From Eledone cirrhosa (lineage: Eukaryota), in contig CAXHJY010000401.1 of NCBI GenBank assembly GCA_964016885.1, positions 124,001 through 188,000 of the forward strand: 64,000 bases of DNA, in the 5' to 3' direction. Numbering within the stretch: position 1 is the stretch's first letter; the number at the start of each line of letters is the position of its first letter. Positions 1-12,512 of the stretch are shown piece by piece. Below the pieces are notes generated by a model that did no database searches, was not told the DNA's origin, and worked only from the letters and a program-made list of their open reading frames with translations. The translations under genes and the position numbers were made by a program.

Positions 1-349
1 TCCCGTTCGCTGGGAAAACGGTTTTCATTCTTTCTAACACAGGATTCACTAGCGAAATGTCTGTTGCTGACTCGCTCATATATTCACACAGCTTATGCTG
101 AAAGAATAACTATGTTGCTTGTGTTTATTTCCATCTTCGGTTAGCTTCCCCCTGTGTTGTTTACTTGTCTCACTCGCTTTACGCGTTTCTACTGTCCTAA
201 TAACTTATTTTAGTTATTATCGCTCCAACGTGAGGTATATGATTTTTAATGCGATGAAATACCCATGATCGTTTGGTAAATCACTGATGAGGGACTCATT
301 TTATAACATGTTATCCATGTGCAACCAGCAGTATTCTTCTCACCCATAT

Positions 350-391
<42 letters not shown>

Positions 392-860
392 GTATGTATA
401 TCTTTATACATATATATATCTTTATATATCTATAGATATATATAGATATATGTGTTTTGAGCTCTGCTGATGAACGATTCCAACCGTGACCATCCCTACT
501 GAAAGTTTCGAGAAATAGTCTTTTTGTAGTTTTTCCAAATTGAAGGATCAGTATTTAGACTTTATTTTATTCTGAGTTAAGGCTCTATTGATTTTTCTCT
601 GGATTTCACAAAATTCTACGGATAAATCTGTCTTGATTTTTTAAAATTGAGTTTGAATTATTTTCCCACATCTTACGTTAACTATTTTCCCATTTTGACG
701 TTATAGTCACTTATATATTATGGTTTAATTAGGAATAAGTATAAATTAGTAATAAGTATTAGTTAGTATTCAGTTTTAGTTTTAAGTTTTTACCGGTTGC
801 GCATTTCTTATGGTTTTCAAAAATAATTTTGAGATAGAGTGCTCGTGATTTTTGGTCTAA

Positions 861-901
<41 letters not shown>

Positions 902-1012
902 CTCTTTCTCTCTCTTTCTCTCTCTCTCTCTCATTCTCTTACTCTCTCTCTCTCTCTCTTACTCTCTCTCTCTCTCTCTTACTCTCTCTCTCTCTTTATA
1001 TATATATATATA

Positions 1013-1175
1013 TAGGAAAATAACCAGGACCCCGACGGCTGAGCTCCTGCCATTTCGACAGCTAGATCCGAACGCCGGGGTCCTGACCCGTTCCTATTAC
1101 CCACTCTACTACCCAAAGTATCGAGTACTCTGGTGCGTTATGGTCCACCTGGTTCCTTACCACACTTCCTTTGTT
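1013..1175 (+). mobile_element. Family C short element with inverted 5' segment, flanked by (TA)n
   Basis: Shares ggggtc...cctattacccactctactaccc..agtatYgagtactctggtgcgttatggtccacctggttccttaccac with copies at 55.1, 56.9, 58.2, 59.8, 60.4 and 60.6 kb. Confidence 0.8.
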
Positions 1176-1185
1176 ATATATATAT

Positions 1186-1236
1186 AGTTTCAGAAGATCC
1201 CGTTAAGGGTGAAAGCAGCGATTCTTTGCTTAAACT
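1186..1236 (+). ncRNA. Degenerate type I hammerhead ribozyme (family E)
   Basis: agttt-CAGAAGA-t ccc gttaa ggg t-GAAA-gca..tgc-TT-aaact. All three stems pair; core U4 is replaced by A. The homologous copy at 15388-15411 (-) has intact CTGAAGA. Confidence 0.7.
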
Positions 1237-1308
1237 TTAATCTTTTATTTTAATAAATATGTGTGTGTGTGTGTGCAGGTTTATATACACACGGTCTCTC
1301 TCTCTTTC

Positions 1309-1377
<69 letters not shown>

Positions 1378-1510
1378 CTGTGTATGTATAACTTATTAAT
1401 AAAACATTTCAAATGTCATATTGATCATCAATACTTAGCGATTCTTTTCAATTAAACCTTGGTATTTCCACGGGGTCAGCTAGCTATTATTAAATCGGTT
1501 AGGGTCATGG

Positions 1511-1740
1511 ATTGGCAGTAATCGGTAGAGCATCGAACAACATGCTTCGTGGCACAGAGGTACAGCCCTTTACGCCGAGGCTAGTTTTATCTTACGGCGT
1601 CAATAATAAAGTACCAGTAATGTAGTGGGTTTGATTTAATGGTCTTTGCCCCCCCCCCCCCTCTCACTCAACATTGCTGGCCTTGTCCCCCTCACTCAAC
1701 ATTGCTGGCCTTGTCCCTGTATCAGAAACCATTTTTATTA
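1511..1740 (+). mobile_element. tRNA-derived SINE, internally deleted copy
   Basis: A-box-like tggcagtaatcggtagag; body aataaagtaccagtaatgta and gctggccttgt homologous to the copy at 59.4-59.6 kb. Confidence 0.7.
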
Positions 1741-2011
1741 TTGCGATTCTGGACATTCCTTTCTTAATGTAACAAAGTCACGTGTGACAACTGACTGGAA
1801 GCCGACCTTTCACCTTTGTCGCTGTGCGCATGCGTGTGAGTGTGTGTGCGCGCGTATGTGTGTGTGTGTGCGCGCGTATGTGTGTTTGTGATTCAGTGAT
1901 TCTTATCGTGTCATTGCATGCGTTATATTAATATATATGTGTGTGTGTGTGTGTATAACATATATATATATAAATACATATATACATATATACATATATA
2001 TATATAAATAC

Positions 2012-2044
<33 letters not shown>

Positions 2045-2077
2045 CATATATATATACATATATACATATATATATAC

Positions 2078-2109
<32 letters not shown>

Positions 2110-3073
2110 ATGTGTGTGTGTGTATACACATACTGTGTGTTGATAAAGTTAGGAATTGTCGACAGATCTGCTGCCAACCAATTTATTTCTTTATTTTTAT
2201 CTCTGCCCCCCCCCCCCCCCCGCGCCCCAGTCCTCCACCTACACCCCTCCGACATCTCCTTCTACCCTCTCTACCTCTCCTATCCTCGTTCCCTCTATCC
2301 CTTCCTCTCTCTCTATCCTTTCCCTCCCCCTCCCTTCCTCTTCCTCCATCCATCTCCCCTCTCCCTCCAGCCATCTCCCCTCTCCCTCCATCCATCTCCC
2401 CCTTCCTCTCCCTACCCCCCTCTCTCCCCTCTCCCTACCCCTCTCTCCCTACCCTCCCTCTCTCCCTACTCTCTCTCTACCCCCCTACCCCTCCCCTCTC
2501 CCTCCCCTCCCCTCTCTCCCCTACCCCCTCCCCTATCTCCCCTCCATCTCTCTATCCCCTCTCTCTACCCCCCTCTCTACCACCCCTCTCTCTACCACCC
2601 CTCTCTCTCTACCCCCCCTTCTGTTGATTTATGTTTGTTTTCATGACCAACGTCCCCCCATCCCCATCACTCTTATTCTTATTATTTTGTCAATCACCAA
2701 CTTTTGACAGACGCAAAACCACCTCTTCTTCCGTTTACAAAACAACGCACACATACATACACACACATACACACACATACACACACACACACACACACAC
2801 ATACATATATATTTACTCACATACACACATACACACATACATATATATGTATATTTACGCACTTACAGACATATATATATATATACATAAATACATACTC
2901 ACATACATAGATACATACATGCAGACACACATACATACACACACAAACATTCATACATACATACATACATACACACACACACATACATACACACACACAT
3001 ACACACATACATACATACATACATACATACATACATACATACATACATACATACATACATACATACATACATG

Positions 3074-3330
3074 ACGGCTGCAACTCGATTTCGAGTAATG
3101 CCATTGATTGATACTTAAGCATGAACATGACGGGTGTGGCTTTTTAGTCCTGCTAGGGCCTTGCCTATGGCCAGCAAGGCCATGCATAGCAAAAAATATC
3201 ACATATCAAGCGGTGCCTCTGCTTGAAGCTGTTTTTAAGCGAGGAAAGGCTTTGCACGGAGCCAATCCCACTCTCTGACCATCAAATACATTTGCCCCAC
3301 TAGTAGAACTGGTCTACATCATTGGATGCA
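3074..3330 (-). mobile_element. Diverged relative of the RTE-derived non-autonomous element, 3' part with (ATGT)n tail
   Basis: Reverse complement aligns to 28815-29140 (atccaatgatgt..gagagtggga..ggactaaaaagccacac..tactcgaaa..gagttgcagcc). Confidence 0.7.
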
Positions 3331-3463
3331 AACGAAGCGGTAGGTTTTATATCAGAGTGACCTTCTCCAAGAGAGATGTCTTAATGAAGACTAAGAGTCT
3401 CTCTCTCCACACACAGAAAAAAAAAATATATATATACAGAGAAAGAGGCAGAGAGAGAGATAG

Positions 3464-3505
<42 letters not shown>

Positions 3506-3506
3506 T

Positions 3507-3995
3507 GTAGGGCGGGTAAAATTCCCGAGATCCATGGACGAGATCTCTCCAGCGGTCTCTGTCCCTCATTATCGCTGCCATGTCCTGCGTCTCCAAGAGA
3601 CCAGTGTCTGTACTTAGGGCATCAACATATGTCAACGTTGGTCTTTCCTCTTCCAGTGTGTCCATGTAGGGGCTCCCACAGGAGCACTGAGTGCAGTGTC
3701 ACCTCTGGATGTCGGTGAGCATGTCCAGCTAACCTCAGTCTCCCTCTTCTAGTGTCCCTGTGTAGGGGCTCCCACAGGAGCACTGAGTGTAGTGTCAACT
3801 CTGGATGTCGGTGAGCATGTCCAGCTAACCTCAGTCTCCCTCTTCTAGTGTCCCTGTGTAGGGGCTCCAACAGGAGCACTGAGTGCAGTGTCAACTCTGG
3901 ATGTCGGTGAGCATGTCCAGCTAACCTCAGTTTCCTCTGTGCTACTCCCGAGCTGACTTTTGGGAGGCTCCCGTACAGCTCTGAGTTTTTCATCC
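3507..3995 (-). mobile_element. LINE (RTE-like) 3' end with internal 96-bp triplication
   Basis: LYGSLPKVSS..RLRLAGHAHRHPELTLHSVLLWEPLHG..GRP..TYVDAL..DTGL is a typical non-LTR ORF C-terminus; the 32-aa unit occurs three times. Confidence 0.8.
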
Positions 3996-3998
3996 TCA

Positions 3999-4054
<56 letters not shown>

Positions 4055-4160
4055 CTATCTATCTATCTCTCTGCCTCTTTCTGTGTATATATTTTTCTCT
4101 GTGTATATATGTATATATTTGTATCCAGTTATTAAAATAAGTTGGATTACTTTGAATAAA

Positions 4161-4305
4161 TAATTGTTTCTACTTTTGGCACAAGGCCAGCAATTATCCA
4201 GTGCATTACTGGTACTTTATTTTATCGACCCCGTCAGGATGAAAGGTAAAGTCAACCTCGGCGGGATTTGAATTCAGATCATAAAGGGCAGTAACTCTAT
4301 GCTGT
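4161..4305 (-). mobile_element. tRNA-derived SINE copy
   Basis: ggcacaaggccagcaatt..actggtactttattttatcgacccc..ggatgaaagg..aacctcggcgggatttga; same family at 24.3, 31.3, 36.3, 40.7, 43.5, 54.9 and 59.4 kb. Confidence 0.85.
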
Positions 4306-4774
4306 AATACAGTTTATATATAATATCGTCTTTTTTAAATGTATCATGGATTACTTTACTGATTACAGAAGACAGTGTAACACAGTCTCTCTTCAATTTC
4401 TCTGTATATTGTCAATTACGATTCTATTTGATGTAGCATATCTGCATGTATGTATATTTGTGTATAATATCAATATGTACACCACACTACACTACACATA
4501 CTAGCAGAAAGCCAGTCGACAGGGGTTTTTCTGCTAGTAGTATATATACTATTAAAAGGGTGTGGACAGTTTCTAGTATCTGTGTTAATCAGCCATCTTA
4601 AACGTGTCAGCTTAATATAATGGCAAAAAAAATAATGTAACCATGGCAACCATAACAAGCATACCCACCTGCAAAGATTGGCTACTGGGGCTGGGGCGTC
4701 GCGAGGGGTCGGGAAGACTAAAGGAGACTGCTGAACGAAACCGAGTTAGTAGGATGTATTAAAACTGTTTGTAC

Positions 4775-5575
4775 CGCCACCCCCAACCACCATCATCATC
4801 ATCATCGTCGTCATCATCATCATCACCACTATTATCACCATCATTACCATCATCTCCACCATCACCATCACCACCACCACCACCACCACCACCACCACCA
4901 ACACCACCAACACCACCACCACCACCATCATCATCACCACCACCATCACCACCACCACCATCACCACCACCACTACTGCTACCATCACCACCAACACCAC
5001 CACCACCACCATCACCACCACCACCACCACCACCATCATCATCACCACCACCATCACCACCATCACCACCACCACTACTGCTACCATCACCACCAACACC
5101 ATCACCACCAACACCAACAACACCACCACCACCACCATCATCATCACCACCACCATCACCACCATCACCACCACCACTACTGCTACCATCACCACCAACA
5201 CCACCACCACCACCATCACCACCACCACCACCACCACCATCATCATCACCACCACCATCACCACCATCACCACCACCACTACTGCTACCATCACCACCAA
5301 CACCATCACCACCAACACCAACACCACCATCACCACCACCATCACCACCACCACCACCACCACCACCACCACCACCACCATCACCACCACCACCATCACC
5401 ACCACTGCTACCATCACCACCAACACCACCACCACCACCATCACCACCACCACCACCACCACCACCACCACCATCACCACTGCTACCATCACCACCATCA
5501 CCACCACCACCACCACCACCATCACCAGCACTGCTACCATCACCACCATCACCACCACCACCACCACCACCACCC
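4775..5575. repeat. (CCA/TCA)n compound trinucleotide repeat
   Basis: Directly visible. Confidence 0.95.
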
Positions 5576-5856
5576 TCCTAATTAGGCCAGTGCTTTTAAT
5601 GAAATAGGGGCCACGTCACTGCCATTAATAACAATTAAATTACATATCTTACTAAAGTCTAATGAAGGAAGAGAGTAATTAGTTGCTACTCCACTCCAAC
5701 CACGACCACCACCAACAGCAGCAGAAAACTGAACAAAATAAGCCCTAGAAAAAAAAATATATATACATGTGCGTGCGTGTATATATATATATATATATAT
5801 ATATTGATTCTTTGGTGTTTATTATTTATTATTCTTTATATATACACACACACGCA

Positions 5857-5896
<40 letters not shown>

Positions 5897-6264
5897 TGTG
5901 TGTGTATATATATATATAAATATATATATATACACACACACACACATATATATATATAGGTGTGTGTGTGTGTATATATACATCTTCCCATTACATTCTG
6001 ATAGTGATAACTAATCAATGAATTAGTATTGCTAATGGAACGCCAAAACCAATCAGTCTATCTTCGGTGTTACATCTTTAAAGTACAAAAAGGATCGATT
6101 ACGCAACTTAAACCTTTTCGTTATCAATATTTCTAATGAAAAACTCAGACATTATTTCAGTTGGTGTTGAGGCTATAACTTGTGAAAGTTTTTACATATT
6201 ATGGTGGAAGGTTTTTAGATAAATATAAACATTTTAACACTTTTGTTAACGTAATTCTACTACT

Positions 6265-6585
6265 CATCATCATCATCAGGTCGAGCTTGCTCGGCCTTCT
6301 ACGACACGTTTCCTCCATCCATCTCTGTCTCTCATAGCGTTTGCCAGTTCTTCCGCAGTGCATCCAGTATCGTCCTCAAGTTGCTTGACGTATGTCTTCT
6401 TGGGACGACCAGCGTTTCTTGCTCCATGAGATGGACTCCATAACAACACATCCATCACCTGCTATTTCTTCCTTGCTGCGGCAACAGTGGCCAGCAAATC
6501 TGAGTCTCTGTCCACGTATTGACCTGCTGATAGGGGGTATATTGCCATAGAGATCCTTATTTGTTGGGTGTTCCCTCCAAGACAC
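6265..6585 (-). mobile_element. LINE (RTE-like) 3' end, diverged relative of the 3.5-kb family, with (TGA)n tail
   Basis: SWREHPTNKDLYGNIPPISRSIRGQRLRFAGHC.., frameshifted into VLLWSPSHG..GRPKKTYVKQLEDDTG. Confidence 0.8.
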
Positions 6586-6719
6586 AGATTATTAATTACA
6601 TATAAGTGTATTTTTCTAGATACTGCTAGCAATACACAATGTCTGATAGGTAAATAAAACTTAAGTTATATAAACAGGTATTTTCATGCCAGAAATTACT
6701 TCTGCTACTACTACTGCTG

Positions 6720-6763
<44 letters not shown>

Positions 6764-6864
6764 GTTGCTGCTGATTCTACTATTACTACTACTACTACTA
6801 CTACTAGTGGTATATTGCCATAGAGATCCTTATTTGTTGGGTGTTCCCTCCAATTCTACTACTG

Positions 6865-7222
6865 GAAGACCCTGTCTCTGGTTCAATCCCTGTCGAGACC
6901 TCAGGCGTCCTCGGGCTTCGTACTGCCGAGCTCCTCCGCAAAATCGGAACGTCAGCAGCCCTTCTGGGGACGGAGCCCCGCGAGGTGGAGGTGATTGCTG
7001 CAGCGGGTGTCGCTGGCTGTTGTCCGCGGAACAGCCATTGCATTCTTGTCTGTGTGGGGCGCAGCCGAAACACCGCCGCCCCGCCCCGCTCTAGGCATAG
7101 AGCTCTTCATCCTCCCTCTTCCCCCCCTCTCTCCCCTGAACCAAGAGTCCTTCCTTTTTCCCTCTTTTTCGTCTCATGGCATTTATAGTCTTTTCCTCTT
7201 CTTTCATCACTTAATTTTTTTT

Positions 7223-7253
<31 letters not shown>

Positions 7254-7340
7254 TTTTATTTTTATTTATTTTATTTTATTTTTTTTTCATATTTCTATCA
7301 TTGTATCTTTTTGTAAAATATATTTAACCTAATAAAAGTT
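6865..7340 (+). mobile_element. CRE-like non-LTR retrotransposon 3' fragment (restriction-like endonuclease C-terminus)
   Basis: IPVETSGVLG..ELLRKIG..EPRE / LQRVSLAVVRG(N) across frameshifts matches the VET.G..G / QR.S.A..RGN signature; AATAAA near 7331. Confidence 0.65.
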
Positions 7341-7607
7341 ATTTATTTTGAAAATAATCAAAAATTTTGAAGGACGTAGTAACCTAACTTAGCGAAAGTT
7401 TTTACATTAAATTGTGATGGAAGGATTTTAGATAAATATAAACAATTTAACCTTTTTATTACCATATTTCTAAGGAATGACACTGTCTACCATTTTCAAA
7501 TAATTTGAAAAATAATCAAGAATTTGTCAGTGGTTATAAATATAAAGAACTCTCCACGGCTGCTGAAGTCCCGGGTGAATCTCAAACAATTTCAATATAT
7601 ATATATT

Positions 7608-7920
7608 TCGTTTCTGAATTTGTTTAGCAAGATTCTTTATCTGAAAACGTGCGTTGAAACCGATATTGTTATACTTTGGGAGGGTCATGTTGCCAATAAG
7701 AAACACACGCACCAGTTGCTTTCACTTCAATTTATTATAATAAATTTATAAATTTAGGAATTTATAAATTTCCGGTTGGTTGGTTCCACAACCAGATGGT
7801 TGTTTATATATTGTCAAAGTTCTTTCGTCACACATTCTGTGACCTCTTCAGTGACTGGGGATTCTTTTCTTTGTTTTTGTGCCTCTCCTTTGTTCTGTCC
7901 CACGCCATCTTGTTTATACA
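7608..7920 (-). mobile_element. Family D HHR-bearing element
   Basis: Homologous to 13213-13450, 14563-15012 and 21300-21653 (gaccctcccaaagtataacaatatc tail); 3' end abuts (TA)n. Confidence 0.75.
7813..7855 (-). ncRNA. Minimal type I hammerhead ribozyme (family D)
   Basis: Minus strand: gtca-CTGAAGA-g gtcaca gaatg tgtgac-GAAA-gaac-TT-tgac. Intact core, stem I gtca/tgac, 6-bp stem II. Confidence 0.75.
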
Positions 7921-8031
7921 AATATATTACACAAATAGAAGTGTGTTACACAGTGAAAATTCTCTATTCTTCTTTGAGCTAATATTATTATTATTACTGT
8001 CAACTGCGGAATGCTCTTAATTCCGATCCTA

Positions 8032-8123
<92 letters not shown>

Positions 8124-8229
8124 GAACAATGAAAATAAAACAAAAATTGAAAATAATTTCTTAATTTGTCCTTTTGTCTTATTTTCATTGTTCAATACAT
8201 ACACGCACAGTTGTATTTGTATATATATA

Positions 8230-8286
<57 letters not shown>

Positions 8287-8371
8287 ATAACCGTATATAC
8301 CTGAACAAGAACCAGAACAACTGGATGTCAGACGCAAACCAAAATCCTGCAATCAACCGTTCCTCTACACC

Positions 8372-8652
8372 CAGGGCCCGACCTAATGGGAGACAAAGGG
8401 GGCAATTGTCCCGGGCCCACTACCGTTGGTGGCCCTACCAGCGACGACCGTAGCAATTCATGTGTGCCCCTCAATGAGCATTTTAGTTTTAGGATGGTTA
8501 GAAATGTTTAATTTAATGTCTGTATAAATAATGTTTCAATTTCAATCACTTGTTAAATTGGGGCGGGGTTTGCTGTGTATTCTAACATCTGATGTATGAG
8601 AGGCCCCCCCCCCCAAACCTGAAGGGCTTACCAACGTCTAAATCCAACCTTG
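8372..8652. mobile_element. hAT-like MITE
   Basis: Imperfect TIRs cagggcccgaccta / taaatccaaccttg; 8-bp TSD-like flanks tctacacc / tccacact (6 of 8 match). Confidence 0.55.
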
Positions 8653-9017
8653 TCCACACTTCTATCTTAAAATCTCTACAATCCACAATCAAACCGCATC
8701 AGTCATAAATGAAATACAAATTCGTCCTTCAACCCTTGTCCAACACTCGCAGACCCACAACAATTACTGGTACGAGGGAAGATAGACGTACATATCAATT
8801 ACTAGCTTCACTACACATTTATTATTTGTATCAGGGTCTCAACATTTTCGTCACACTGTTTGCGACCTGGACACAAACGTATATCAACTGCAAGTTTCAG
8901 ATATTTTCAGATATTTGAAAAGATGGAGGAGGGAGATACACATATATATATATGGGTACGTGAGGTTGTATATATTATTTCATTTATATATATATATATT
9001 TATATATATATAAATAT

Positions 9018-9432
<415 letters not shown>

Positions 9433-9433
9433 A

Positions 9434-9466
<33 letters not shown>

Positions 9467-9649
9467 GGGCCTAGCCTCCAGTAGTTTGTCACAGAAAATG
9501 TCAATGCTATGACAAAACAAATCTTTAATTCTTGCCAATCTCCGTTGACTGACAGCCGACATTTCACTCTACTCCGCCAACACTCCACCTCCTCTCGACC
9601 TTTTACCAGCCAGCCGGAAAAATCTCACTTGGTATAGCTACTAATGTAG

Positions 9650-10125
9650 CTTGGTGGTGGTGGTGGACGTCGTAGTGGTGATGGTGGTGGTGGTGGACGT
9701 CGTAGTGGTGATGGTGGTGGTGGTTGTGGTGGACGTCGTCGTAGTGGTGTTGGTGTTATTGGTGATGGTGGTGGTGATGATATTGGTGGACGTCGTCGTA
9801 GTGGTGATGGTGGAGGTCGTCGTAGTGGTGGTGGTGGACGTCGTCGTAGTGGTGGTGGTGTTATTGGTGATGGTGGTGGTCGTCGTGGTGGTGGTGGTGG
9901 TCGTCGTCGTCGTCGTCGTGGTGGTGGTGGTGTTGATGTAGTGGTGGTGGTGGTGTCGTAGTGGTGGTGGTGGTGTCGTAGTGGTGATGGTGGTGTCGTA
10001 GTGGTGGTGGTGGTGGTGTCGTAGTGGTGGTGGTGGTGTCGTAGTGGTGGTGGTGGTGGTGGTGTCGTAGTGGTGGTGGTGGTGGTGGTGTCGTAGTGGT
10101 GGTAGTGGTGTCGTAGTGGTGGTTG
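9650..10125. repeat. (GGT/CGT/AGT)n compound repeat
   Basis: Directly visible. Confidence 0.9.
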
Positions 10126-10265
10126 GTTGTAACTGTGGGTAGGTTTAAAATCCTTTTCTAGCATTTTTTGTTTGTCAGTTTTAATAATTAAACTTACGTA
10201 TTCTTTAAACGTCTGAGACAATATCGCTGTGAATGTCGGAGACATGGAATTAAAATACATTAATA

Positions 10266-12512
10266 CTATACAGCATTGATTCCCATCGTGGGGCACACGC
10301 CCCACAGGGGAGAGGGAAATTTGAAGATGATCTTAATGAAAACAAACTTCTGGTTTAACCTTATTACTTTTACACCAAGGTAACTTTGGAAGACATTACT
10401 GTCAGAAACTCCTGTCTCACATCCACCACATGTTATTGTACATCTGGCACCACCTACACCAAGGTAACTTTGGTAGACATTACAGTCAGAAACTCCTGTC
10501 TCCCCTCCACCACATGTTATTGTACATCTGGCACCACCTACACCAAGGTAACTTTGGAAGACATTACAATCAGAAACTCCTGTCTCACCTCCACCACATG
10601 TTATTGTACATCTGGCACCACCTACACCAAGGTAACTTTGGAAGACATTACAATCAGAAACTCCTGTCTCACCTCCACCACATGTTATTGTACATCTGGC
10701 ACCACCTACACCAAGGTAACTTTGGTAGACATTACTGTCAGAAACTCCTGTCTCACCTCCACCACATGTTATTGTACATCTGGCACCACCTACACCAAGG
10801 TAACTTTGGTAGACATTACAGTCAGCAACCCCTGTCTCACCTCCACCACATGTTATTGTGTATCTGGCACCACCTACACCAAGGTAACTTTGGTAGACAT
10901 TACAGTCAGAAACTCCTGTCTCACCTCCACCACATGTTATTGTACATCTGGCACCACCTACACCAAGGTAACTTTGGTAGACATTACTGTCAGAAACTCC
11001 TGTCTCACCACCTCCACATGTTATTGTACATCTGGCACCACCTACACCAAGGTAACTTTGGTAGACATTACAGTCAGCAACCCCTGTCTCACCTCCACCA
11101 CATGTTATTGTACATCTGGCACCACCTACACCAAGGTAACTTTGGTAGTCATTACAGTCAGAAACTCCTGTCTCACCTCCACCACATGTTATTGTACATC
11201 TGGCACCACCTACACCAAGGCAACTTTGGTAGACATTACAGTCAGAAACTCCGGTCTCACCTCCTCCACCACATGTTATTGTACATCTGGCACCACCTAC
11301 ACCAAGGCTACTTTGGTAGACATTACTGTCAGAAACTCCTGTCTCACCACCTCCACATGTTATTGTACATCTGGCACCACCTACACCAAGGTAACTTTGG
11401 TAGACATTACAGTCAGCAACCCCTGTCTCACCTCCACCACATGTTATTGTACATCTGGCACCACCTACACCAAGGTAACTTTGGTAGACATTACAGTCAG
11501 AAACTCCTGTCTCACCTCCACCACATGTTATTGTACATCTGGCACCACCTACACCAAGGCAACTTTGGTAGACATTACAGTCAGAAACTCCTGTCTCACC
11601 TCCACCACATGTTATTGTACATCTGGCACCACCTACACCAAGGTAACTTTGGTAGACATTACAGTCAGAAACTCCTGTCTCACCTCCTCCACCACATGTT
11701 ATTGTACATCTGGCACCACCTACACCAAGGTAACTTTGGTAGACATTACTGTCAGAAACTCCGGTCTCACCTCCTCCACCACATGTTATTGTACATCTGG
11801 CACCACCTACACCAAGGCAACTTTGGTAGACATTACAGTCAGAAACTCCGATCTCACCTCCTCCACCACATGTTATTGTACATCTGGCACCACCTACACC
11901 AAGGTAACTTTGGTAGACATTACAGTCAGAAACTCCGGTCTCACCTCCTCCACCACATGTTATTGTACATCTGGCACCACCTACACCAAGGCAACTTTGG
12001 TAGACATTACAGTCAGAAACTCCGGTCTCACCTCCTCCACCACATGTTATTGTACATCTGGCACCACCTACACCAAGGCTACGTTGGTAGACATTACAGT
12101 CAGAAACTCCGGTCTCACCTCTTCCACCACATGTTATTGTACATCTGGCACCACCTACACCAAGGCTACTTTGGTAAACATTACAGTCAGAAACTCCTGT
12201 CTCACCTCCACCACATGTTATTGTACATCTGGCACCACCTACACCAAGGCAACTTTGGTAGACATTACAGTCAGAAACTCCTGTCTCACCTCCTCCACCA
12301 CATGTTATTGTACATCTGGCACCACCTACACCAAGGTAACTTTGGTAGACATTACAGTCAGAAACTCCGGTCTCACCTCCTCCACCACATGTTATTGTAC
12401 ATCTGGCACCACCTACACCAAGGCTACTTTGGTAGACATTACAGTCAGAAACTCCTGTCTCACCTCCTCCACCACATGTTATTGTACATTTGGCGCCTCC
12501 TGTACACCAATT
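10266..12512 (-). CDS. Candidate Gly/Cys-rich repeat reading frame of 749 codons, unit GGARCTITCGGG(G)ETGVSDCNVYQSYLGV
   Basis: Stop-free from 12512 to TAG at 10266-10268 by manual translation. An in-frame ATG at 12558-12560 is cut off by one TAA at 12513-12515. Confidence 0.3.
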   Translation of the reverse strand, partial: NWCTGGAKCTITCGGGGETGVSDCNVYQSSLGVGGARCTITCGGGGETGVSDCNVYQSYLGVGGARCTITCGGGGETGVSDCNVYQSCLGVGGARCTITCGGGETGVSDCNVYQSSLGVGGARCTITCGGRGETGVSDCNVYQRSLGVGGARCTITCGGGGETGVSDCNVYQSCLGVGGARCTITCGGGGETGVSDCNVYQSYLGVGGARCTITCGGGGEIGVSDCNVYQSCLGVGGARCTITCGGGGETGVSDSNVYQSYLGVGGARCTITCGGGGETGVSDCNVYQSYLGVGGARCTITCGGGETGVSDCNVYQSCLGVGGARCTITCGGGETGVSDCNVYQSYLGVGGARCTITCGGGETGVADCNVYQSYLGVGGARCTITCGGGETGVSDSNVYQSSLGVGGARCTITCGGGGETGVSDCNVYQSCLGVGGARCTITCGGGETGVSDCNDYQSYLGVGGARCTITCGGGETGVADCNVYQSYLGVGGARCTITCGGGETGVSDSNVYQSYLGVGGARCTITCGGGETGVSDCNVYQSYLGVGGARYTITCGGGETGVADCNVYQSYLGVGGARCTITCGGGETGVSDSNVYQSYLGVGGARCTITCGGGETGVSDCNVFQSYLGVGGARCTITCGGGETGVSDCNVFQSYLGVGGARCTITCGGGETGVSDCNVYQSYLGVGGARCTITCGGCETGVSDSNVFQSYLGVKVIRLNQKFVFIKIIFKFPSPLWGVCPTMGINAV
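10371..12496. repeat. 84/87-bp tandem array, ~25 units
   Basis: Unit acaccaaggtaactttggtagacattacagtcagaaactcctgtctcacctc(ctc)caccacatgttattgtacatctggcaccacct. Confidence 0.97.

Noticed and set aside
284-290. CTGATGA at 284, 468 and 14482 as hammerheads
   Set aside because: No stem II plus GAAA or pairing stems follow.
4769-5581. Extensin/formin-like poly-Pro ORF
   Set aside because: Pure (CCA)n repeat with no unique domain; similar tracts occur at 9.7, 22.9 and 42.7 kb.
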